From Diadema antillarum (taxonomy: Eukaryota): a DNA stretch of 64,000 bases. The position numbers and the translations under genes were made by a program. Positions 50,133 through 58,984 of the stretch are shown here, piece by piece; within the stretch, counting starts at the first letter, position 1, and the number at the start of each line of letters is the position of its first letter. Below the pieces are notes generated by a model that was given only the letters and a program-made list of their open reading frames with translations, was not told the origin of the DNA and did not search any database. The stretch is from assembly GCF_040938485.1 (NCBI RefSeq), contig NW_027271855.1:1054001-1118000 (forward strand), written 5' to 3'.

Positions 50133-50997
50133 AGTATTTTGAAAAAAAATCAACTTCAAGATTTGTAGGTATTTTTTTTTAATTTTTATCAAATTTTAAT
50201 TGTTGTGGTATGTTATATTTTCCTCTTTTTGAACATGTCAATTTGAACATGGAATGTAGTTTCACTGTTGACGGAGCCCTCTATTTGAAATGTCCTATGA
50301 CTTCACACCACATTTGCCTGTAGACAGTAAGTCACTTTTCAGAAAAGAACATGTAAGATTTGAGAAATTTCAAACCCTACAGAATAAGCAAAGAATAGTA
50401 CGGTTTTAGGAGCCTACACATATTTTATGAAACTCCCTCAGTTTTGCTCTTATCATCTGCCAGTCACTTATTAGACATAAAAGGAAAGAAAATTATTAAA
50501 TTGAAGTATGTTGAAATATCAAATTTTTTTCCCACAGTTGATTTCAGAAATATTTGTTACCACTCATCATTATTGTGAAGTAGACATTAAGTCATTTCAT
50601 TAGCAGTCACTGTAACATTTATGTCATATATTTTCTGTATGTTACAGCCAAGTTAAAAACCCACAAAAAGTCCCAGATTAGGATTTTCTGTAATGAACAA
50701 ATAATGTCGTTCTACTTGACCAACTCAAATTTTTTAAGTTTATCTTACTTGGAAGAGTAATCTTTTCTTTACCTACTGTCAAAATATGGTGGCTTAAAAC
50801 TGATATTGAGATGTTAGCAGGTTTTCTTAACCATATTTTTTCTCATTGATATTTTTGCACAGCATGCTTGAGTGACCCCAATCTTTAAATCATCCTCTTT
50901 TCTCCCTTTTCTATGAAACTACTCTCTTTTATTTCAATCACCTTTAGAATGGGTTACGATGGTCAAATTTAACAAGTTGTATATCATTTCATTACTC

Positions 50998-51089
50998 TTA
51001 ACCCATTGAGGACAACTGATTTTGCTGCAACAGTCATTTTCCCTAAACACTTGCCCGAGTATTCTTGGGACTCGTCTTCAACAGGTTAA
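50998..51089 (-). mobile_element. piggyBac-like mini-MITE family G, copy 3
   Basis: TTAA|CCCATTGAGGAC…CTCGTCTTCAACAGG|TTAA. Confidence 0.75.
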
Positions 51090-52141
51090 ACTATGTAGAA
51101 AGGTGGAAATTCATTTTGGCATACTTTTTTAAAGGGTTTTGAGCTGGACAGTCACATACCCAATGCGTATGGTTGGGGGGGGGGGGTGTTTTCGTTGCTC
51201 CATTTCTGAGCACACTTACACTCTCAAGGTGAATGTCTTGCACTTCTCAAGCAAGTTTGATGTCAAACATACTGTACATCTTTCACAATAGATTGTTTTG
51301 TGCCTTGTCACAAATCAGGTCATACAGTATGATTTGTCTTGTTTTCTTGGTGCAATGTGTAGATGATGGAAGTCAAACACAGTACTCTGTGATAATAGCA
51401 TAATTACATGTATAACTTTCATTCTTTCATGTACAGGTGTACTCTCTGATTTCATCACTTGGTATTAATTTTGGTAACAAAATGTATCATTGAGTAAGTG
51501 CTGGTACAGAGATACAAATGGCAGTTTATCTGTTCTTTCTTATTAGACATATTATTTTTATGCAGTTCTAAACAAAGAAAATAAAGGAATGAGATGTTGT
51601 AGCAACAGAGGTTTTTTTGTTGTTGTTGTTGCAGGTGAAAGTTATTGGTTTTGGAGACACCTCATGTCGTAGTCTGTTATGTACTTAGTTTCATGAGCCA
51701 TTTTATGTCAGTACCAGTAATGATAATTCATTTTATGGTCTGACAACACAAAGCATACATGCATTTCACTCTTTAAAGAGGGAATCCACCCCAAAAATAT
51801 ATAAACCTTTTTTAAATTATCTATATGTTTTATTAAATCAAATCAGAATCACATTGTTTACACACAATTGGCAACAATTTGAAAAAAGACAAAATAAACA
51901 TCTGGAATAATCATACACATAACAACTCTTAACCTATGGAGACACCAGGGTAACTACTTTCCATGGTGACTAACTATACACATAATTATTTAAACTCATA
52001 TGATTTAAGAACATGACATAGACTGCATGAAGTACATTTTAAATGCACTGTTAAAGAGGTAGTACATGTATCAAGGTACTGTCACTGGCAGCATGAATCT
52101 TGATAGGTACACTGACCACCAATAGAGTTTATCTACATGTA

Positions 52142-53541
52142 TCAAAAATCAAACCTCCATCTTTTAAAATGAATGGGGAGCTTATTCCTTTTCTTAGCCA
52201 AGTGGTATTCTATCTCTTTCTGTTTTTGAACAAATGATTTAAACGCATTTAAATTTGGAATGCTGTTTTTGAATTTACAAATAAATGTGAAATATTTTAC
52301 CACTAAGATTAAATACGTTACAAATTTGTCAGATAATACACCAAACAACTTATTGAAATTAGTAAAATTAAAATTGAAATCATACTTTTACACTAATATA
52401 CCTCGTAAAAGTTCCCAAATTGGAGTGACCTCACATTCGCAAAATAAATGAATTATTGTCTCTTCAAATTTGTCACAAAAAGAACAGTTTGGAGAATCTC
52501 TTCTTTTGATCTTATACGTTTAGGGCTATTGTTTTATGAAATATTTTATAATAAAATGAGCATAGTTTAGTATCAATAGTGTATGTAAAATTTGTAACAT
52601 GTACTTTTTCCCAGTCCAAATTGACCAGTACTAAAACCTTGTTATCCCAATATTCATAACGCTTGTTGGGAACTTGTTTGGAGTTCAGCAAATTGTATGC
52701 AAGACTGGGTATTTTCTTTGAACTCTTCAACTTAACAATGAGAGCTTCATGTACATCAACATCTTGCATATTGGGATTTTCCTGCCAGTCATTTGGAATA
52801 TTTTTTATCAAAAAATTATACTTTCTTCTGTGTGACTGAGGGATATCAAAATCAAGGACTAATTCTTCAAATAATTTATGGCCAGGAAAGGGAGGATTCA
52901 GCAAATCAGATATTACAGATACATTCTTTATATTCCACAACTCATAATAAAAATACTTCTTAGATTTTGAATGTATCAATCGATTAAACCACAATGACTG
53001 ACATGCACCAATTTCTGAGAATTTGCATTGAAATTGCTCTACAGTTGCATACTCCCTGTACATGTACCAAGTACGCAAGGAATCTGCTAACTGTGTATTA
53101 TCTAAAGAGTTTAAGATTTTTTCAGGTGCATATGATTTCCAAAGTATATTAGGGTCTATATGATATTTTTCCAAAACTGATGATTCAATCGATTTCCAAA
53201 CAGATTCGAAGCTATCATCAAGTAAACATTTCACCCATGTCATTTTTTGAGCAAGAGCAAAAGCGTAAGGGTCGGTCATCTTGAGACCACATTGAGCATA
53301 ATCATTGCACATAAATGTCCTTTTGACCCTATCTTGGCCACCACTCCAAATCAACCTAAAAAACAGCTTATTTAACTCATTAAAAAATGTTGTGGTATCT
53401 TGATACTTAAAACAGAAAAGAGATATAACAACTGTGGGAGAACAAGAGACTTAATTACACAAATTTTACCAATTAAAGAGAGAGATCTCATTCTCCAGCA
53501 GTTGATAGTCTGAGTAATGCCTTTTAATTTTTCCTTATAAT
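52142..53541 (-). mobile_element. 5'-truncated, frameshifted L1/Tx1-clade LINE ORF2 remnant (post-RT C-terminal region)
   Basis: Three frames give CWRMRSLSLIGKICVIKSLVLPQLLYLFSVL, IWSGGQDRVKR…GLKM…AQKMTWVKCLL…LWFN…FYYKIFHK and EYHLAKKRNKLPIHFKRW*, all typical L1/Tx1 ORF2 C-terminal motifs. Confidence 0.85.
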
Positions 53542-54170
53542 TTAAATCAAATATCAAACCCAAATTGAGTGAAAAATTGAATCCCAGGCATTTCAAAAGA
53601 GAGGAAAATGTTTCCTACAGAACGATACACAAATGACAAAAATTGGATAAGAAATAAGGAAGATGTGACATTTTCAAATTTCAAATTTTTTCGGAAAACA
53701 TTTCTTGACCAGTCCTTATGAATATTCAAATGAGCAAGTTGATGATGTCATGCTCTCACAATTTTTTATTCATTTCAAATACAGAAATGACAAAAATCTC
53801 ATATTTCAGCTGTATAAATATAAAATGTGCCTTAAAACTACCCAAAATAAAAAAGAACAAATGTTAACTCATGTAACTGGTATGAGAACATACTTTTACT
53901 TGTATTAGCTAAAAACAAAAATTTTTCTGAATTTCATATATAGCATTCATGAAAAATTGTGAGGGTATGACATCATCATCTCACTCATTTGAATATTCTT
54001 AAGGACCTGGCAAGAAATGTTTTCTGAAAAGAAAAAAAGTGAATTTCAAAATGTCATATCTTCCTCATCTCTTATCTGATTTTTTTTTTCATTTTTGTAT
54101 TGTTCTGTAGGGAATTATTTTTCTCTTTCTTTTAAAGTTTAATTATTTTTGGGGTAGATATTCTCTTTAA
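53542..54170. mobile_element. Palindromic TTAA-flanked MITE abutting the LINE 5' end
   Basis: Long inverted arms (e.g. TTTCCTACAGAAC / GTTCTGTAGGGAA and GAATATTCAAATGAG / CTCATTTGAATATTC); TTAA at both ends. Confidence 0.7.
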
Positions 54171-54585
54171 GTGGCAGTGTAAATTGTGTGTGAAAATGCA
54201 GTGTGTGTTCCTTTGCCTGGTTTATATCATCCCTGGCATCAACCTTCTCATCAGTTTAATGTCCATAGATACATGATCAATATGTGTGCAAAAAAAAAAA
54301 AAAAGTTGGAAATGTACAGCTGCTCCCTGCTGTAAGTATGTTGACATTGAATAAAACCTTGAGGTGCTAACATGGTCCACTGCACTATGGCTCTTTATTT
54401 TGACTGACGTATGCAGCATTATTCCACTGAATCAGAAATTACTGAGAATATGCATGGGTGTAAATTAAATGTTGCTTATCATGCAGTTTTAATATTACAC
54501 TTGTATGTTCAACTCTGAAATAAATCACATAATGGCCTTACTCAAATTTTGCTTGAGATGACTTTGCTTATCAGTGTGTTTAAAG

Positions 54586-54865
54586 TACAGTCAACCTTGC
54601 CCAAGTCGAATCTACAGTAAAACTTGCGTAAGTTGAGTAATCACCTAAAAGTCTAATTTTATCCAAGTCGAAGCTATTTCTTCAGTCCAAATAGATTCGA
54701 CTAAATAGGCAAGGTTGACTCTTTTTGGACTGAAGAAATAGCTTCAACTTAAGAGAAATTTCGACTTATGAGGGATTAAAATCAATAGAATATAAAGAGA
54801 AAAAGACCTTCAACTTAGGTGATTATTCAACTTATGCGAGATCGACTTAAGCAAGCTCGATTGTA
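54586..54865. mobile_element. pogo/Tigger-like MITE, internally rearranged
   Basis: TA|CAGTCAACCTTGCCCAAGTCGA…TCGACTTAAGCAAGCTCGATTG|TA with interleaved inverted repeats. Confidence 0.6.
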
Positions 54866-54960
54866 TCTGATTGGAATGTCACTATGAACAAGGGAGCTGT
54901 AATTGAGTGTATGATTGTTGTGTCGACTCTGTTTTATGTCCTATGGCTTTGAGACAGCGC

Positions 54961-55089
54961 AACACACACACACACACACACACACACATTCTGCAGCCTG
55001 CGCACATCTGACAAGCAGACAAAAACACAGAAAATATTTTTCTATGTATTTTAAAGAAGTCACTTACACTTCATTTTCCTTCTTTGTAC

Positions 55090-55129
<40 letters not shown>
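54961..55129. repeat. (CA)n at 54961-54988 and (CT)n at 55094-55129
   Basis: Visible directly. Confidence 0.9.
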
Positions 55130-55133
<4 letters not shown>

Positions 55134-55294
55134 CTTCTCATGCAAACTTACCATGTCTTAACTAGTGTTTTGGTTCATACTGTCAATGCATTGCTTAACT
55201 ATTTATCAGCTTCATTTAAAAAAAAGGCTAACTCTTGCAGTTTTGATAGGTATGATTACAAGGACAGCAGGCTTAGAGGAATGCATAAGAGAAA

Positions 55295-57886
55295 TATAAT
55301 CATTTTCTGAAAATTTTATTTAGTATAAAACAGCAACAAGTTGGTGTTCATAGGAACAACTGTACACAAGTAATTACATTGCTGAAAAGAAAAAGAAACT
55401 TTTGAACATATTAGTGGGATTGTCAGTCATGTCTGGACATACAGCATTGAGTAAATTGTACTTAAGGGCCTGACTTTTTACCAGACTGTAAGCCAAAAAC
55501 CATACGGTGCTTGTTTTATTTTCAAAGTTCACTCATTTGTTTTATTGGTTTATTAATCAGTTACACCCATTTATCACTGATCATGGATATTGAACAGGTT
55601 GAGTAATGTGTTGACAGGCATCCTTGTTATAACTCCAAAGTAAAATTTGAATTCTTTGTTGAAATATGTAACCTATGAAATCACACAAATTACATGTATA
55701 TGACATAAATCTACAGTTTTCTACATGTGCAAACTCTTAACTGCTCTCTATGTACACATGAAAACACTGTAAAAGGCACTTAAATATTTCTATAAAATAA
55801 ACCAACTTTATCATATTTACAAGTTGCTATGAAGGTACAAATATCACTTGGCATAAAATATTTAGTTAAGACACAATCTTAAATATCTAAAGGAATCTTA
55901 CCGCATGACAGAAAGACGGAATATTATCAATGATTTCTGAATAAATCTGAATACACAAACCACACTTTGCAGGAAGAGAATTGCCATTCCAAGGCACAGA
56001 ACAGGAAGCATCTACATTTGCCCATGTAAGGCAATCAAGGCTATTCACATCAAACAGTTTTCAAGAAAACCCTTTTGTTTCATCCATAGTTTGTAAATAT
56101 GTGATGACAGAACTGGAATGAAAACAAAAAGAGGCACAAGGAATGTTATTTCTGTTATTAATTCGATAAATAAACAATCAGTACATTTTGAAAAGAGATT
56201 AAAACTCTAAGGTGAAAATATTTGATAGAATTATGCCAATAAATATCCAAGAGGAACTCATTCCCATGAATTAAAGTTTGGGGGTTTACCTGCCTCACTT
56301 CCTCAGAACTAATCTTTAAAAAAAAGTTTTGCAAAGGGCTGAAGTGAATGATGATGAAAGGCACCAAGTACTGTCATAACTTGCGATGGCTAGTACTGAT
56401 CAACAGTTCTGTCATCTTCCCACCAATCAAATTGAATTCAAAGCATAAAACTGTAGACTTCCTTATGATACAGAGAGTGCGCCTTGAAATACATGCAGAT
56501 GAATGACATGTGTATTGCTGGGTATCCTGCAGCTCCTGAAATGGAACTCTTTTATGTACTTTTGTTAAACCATATTTTTTTTTTATAAGGCAATTGAGGG
56601 AAGAGAGAAAGAATAACTTCCTAAGGAAGTCAACTTCTTCCTCCTCCCCTTCTCTCTGTCTCTCCTCTCAGCTAACCCCTTTTTCAACCATCGTTCATGA
56701 ATGAGAAAGAGAAAGATAGAGAGAGAGAGGGTTGAATATCAACGCTGTGTGGTCTAATTTCGACAAATTACACAGCAGAGAGAAACACACTGAACTAAAA
56801 TCTTGATGACCTATTGCCCTTTGAAGCCAGGCTAATGTTTCCCAGCTGCCCATGTGAGAAATATAAAAACTGAATATTATTAATACTCTGCTCCAGCCCT
56901 CTGTATCTTGTCAACTTAAGTGACAAACACAGGCAGAGTACTTGCTTTCAAAGCCAGAAAGCTGCAGTACTGGGATGGTAAATACTGTATATACAGAGCT
57001 AGGCACTTAAAATAAAGGCAATAATATCAAGCTCCATCACTATTTTTGGAGGTAATTGTGAATTTTTGAGAATGCCCAACCCTGGGGTGTGGATGTTTCT
57101 CTTACTGTCTATCAAGAATCCCGACAACTGCTTCCATTGTCCTTTGTTTTTGTTCTTTTCACTTTTTTTTGGGGGGGGGGGACGGACGGTGGAAATTATG
57201 TTTTTAAGCCACTATGTACTTGGATTTGGTCACATTTCAAGTCAGTTTGAATACTGTACAATTTGGTCCAGTTTCTGTTTATAAAAAGAAAGCCACTCCA
57301 CCCTCTTGAACAGATGCTATGGGGCACAAAGTAGTCTCTGGAATGATTCATTGACATAACTTCTTGAAGATATTAACAAGTGTATTTGCATTTTACGACA
57401 GTACAAAACGTTTACAGGCACAAACTTTAATGGCAGCATTGCTGTATTTCTTACGTGTGGTCTTTATGGACACTTCAAAACACTTTAGAGTGAAAAATAT
57501 TGGAAAACATGTTTGATTAAACCAAGGATGAGTAAAATGCTACAAAGTTTCCCTTTCAGAGCATGATTAATTGCTTGTTTATGCTTGTAATGTAGTTTGA
57601 TTACTACAGTACTTTGATTTGTGAGGTTTTAATGGCTCACACTGAGATCAAATGCGTATATGTCTGAAATGCCAATCCACAGTTCTGTTGATGTTTAAGC
57701 CATTTACCTGCTGACATGTTGATCAGATGGCGCTAGCTTTAGGAGTTACATAAATCACACATCACTTCAGAACTGAACTATCTAAACTTGAGTATTTGCT
57801 CTGCACTCATCAAGTGCTGTTAAATCGTGAAAACACGGCTGTATTTTAAAGTGTTTGTGTTTATAGTCCAGTGGAGTTTAGTTCAT
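55295..57886 (-). other. SoxE: Putative SoxE 3'UTR (~2.6 kb)
   Basis: TE-free AU-rich sequence after the stop codon, dense in miRNA seed matches and Pumilio elements down to 55749. AATAAA candidates at 55549-55554, 55540-55545, 55515-55520 and 55315-55320. The 3' end is inferred. Confidence 0.5.
55315..55320 (-). terminator. Candidate polyadenylation signal AATAAA
   Basis: Plus-strand TTTATT, followed on the minus strand by U-rich sequence. One of several candidates. Confidence 0.3.
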
Positions 57887-58132
57887 TCAAGACCGCACTG
57901 CACTTGCATAAGCCTCCCATGGTCTGGGGTCTTGGAGCATTGTTGGTTCACTGAGATCTACATAAGCTGGAGACCGCTGGGGAGAAGTGTGGGGGTACTG
58001 GTAGGCAGGGGGCATGCCACTGGCAGGGGTGGAAGGGTTTGCATTGTAGAAGTCCATTTGTGCCCTGGGAGAATGTTGCTGCTGAGGGAAATCACATTGG
58101 GAGGCTTGTCGGAAGTCATATGGTTGTTGTTG
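57887..58132 (-). CDS. SoxE: Probable true SoxE C-terminus in a shifted frame ([81 protein letters not shown])
   Basis: 81 open codons ending in TGA at 57889-57887. The frame continues the polyQ and has the Pro/Gln/Ser/Tyr-rich composition and terminal W-E motif typical of SoxE transactivation tails. It needs one extra base between 58133 and 58132 (repaired protein 494 aa). Confidence 0.75.
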   Translation of the reverse strand, partial: QQQPYDFRQASQCDFPQQQHSPRAQMDFYNANPSTPASGMPPAYQYPHTSPQRSPAYVDLSEPTMLQDPRPWEAYASAVRS

Positions 58133-58984
58133 TGCTGCTGCTGCTGCTGCTGCTGCTGTTGCTGTTGTTGTTGCTGCACTTGTTGCATGGCAGCAAAGTT
58201 GAATGCCTGCATCTGATGGTGCTGTGTTGATGGATATTGTGGTGGTGGGGACATCATGTCTTGCTCAAGCTTTGAATTCACTGACACATTGTCCAGAATG
58301 GTTGCCTGCAAGGGGCTGGTATTACCACCAGTAGCCAGGGGCCTTCCAAGCCACTGCCCCCTTGCATTACCACTCTGTGTACTCACATTGATGTTGGCCA
58401 TGTCATAACTACTGTTGGTAGTAAAGGGAGGCATTTGGCAGGTCTGTCTGATCATACTCTGCTGACAAGGCATGGTGTGTGAAGCAGTCACGCTGGCAAT
58501 CGTTTGCACAATGTACTGGTCAAGTTCTTCAGAAGAAATCTCCTCCATTCCCATCATCTCACTGCCAAAGTCACGCACATCCACCCCAGCAAAGTCCATG
58601 GGCATCTCGGTCTTCACCTTCAGGGAGTACTTCTGCCGCTTTGTTGGACGAGTGCAGTCAGCATCATTCTTGGGTGTGGTTGGTGGAGTGGGTGGTCCCT
58701 GTCCAACTGCCCCTCCCATCATCATCCCCAGCTTGTCGGTTCTCTCCTTCAGACTGGCGTCTGTGATCTCCTCCCCAACCATGGTGCTGAGCAAGGCCTT
58801 GGTCGAGACCTGGTGGGAGGGGTCAGGCGAGGGGACTGGACGGTTGGGTGGAGCCTTTTTGTTATTGTCATTCTTGTTGCGGCGACGGGGCTGGTACTTG
58901 TAGTCTGGGTAGTCTTTCTTGTGCTGCTGCCTGAGACGCTCAGCCTCTTCAATGAATGGTTGTTTCTCTTTGTCAGACAACAGC
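57958..58984 (-). CDS. SoxE: SoxE coding exon 2 as assembled (rest of HMG box, [10 protein letters not shown]2/TAM-like region, polyQ). The frame after ~58133 is probably wrong
   Basis: Acceptor TTTTCTCCTGCAG|G completes the Arg codon, giving [37 protein letters not shown]. Also [16 protein letters not shown] (SUMO-type motif) and [30 protein letters not shown]. The spliced product as assembled is 470 aa. Confidence 0.9.
58124..58176 (-). repeat. CAG/CAA trinucleotide repeat encoding polyQ in SoxE
   Basis: Plus-strand (CTG)n/(TTG)n tract, visible directly. Confidence 0.95.

Noticed and set aside
969-51000. The many 60-130 aa ORFs in the ORF track
   Set aside because: Low-complexity or TE-derived, rich in F/L/I/C, often starting at non-ATG codons, with no domain motifs or exon chains.
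52512-53354. 280-aa ORF as a host gene
   Set aside because: L1/Tx1 ORF2 C-terminal motifs with frameshifted neighbours; a retroelement relic.
53372-53596. 74-aa ORF starting MKCLGFNFSLNLGLIFD
   Set aside because: Chimeric: the first ~17 codons come from the MITE and the rest is LINE ORF2.
51772-54170. One large TTAA element from 51772 to 54170 enclosing the LINE
   Set aside because: The 51772 terminus matches only ~35 bp, while the arm starting at 53542 pairs with the right arm over hundreds of bp.
57180-57186. Single seed matches for miR-184, miR-22, miR-71, miR-137 and miR-219 in the UTR
   Set aside because: Single hits are expected by chance when many seeds are scanned over 2.6 kb.
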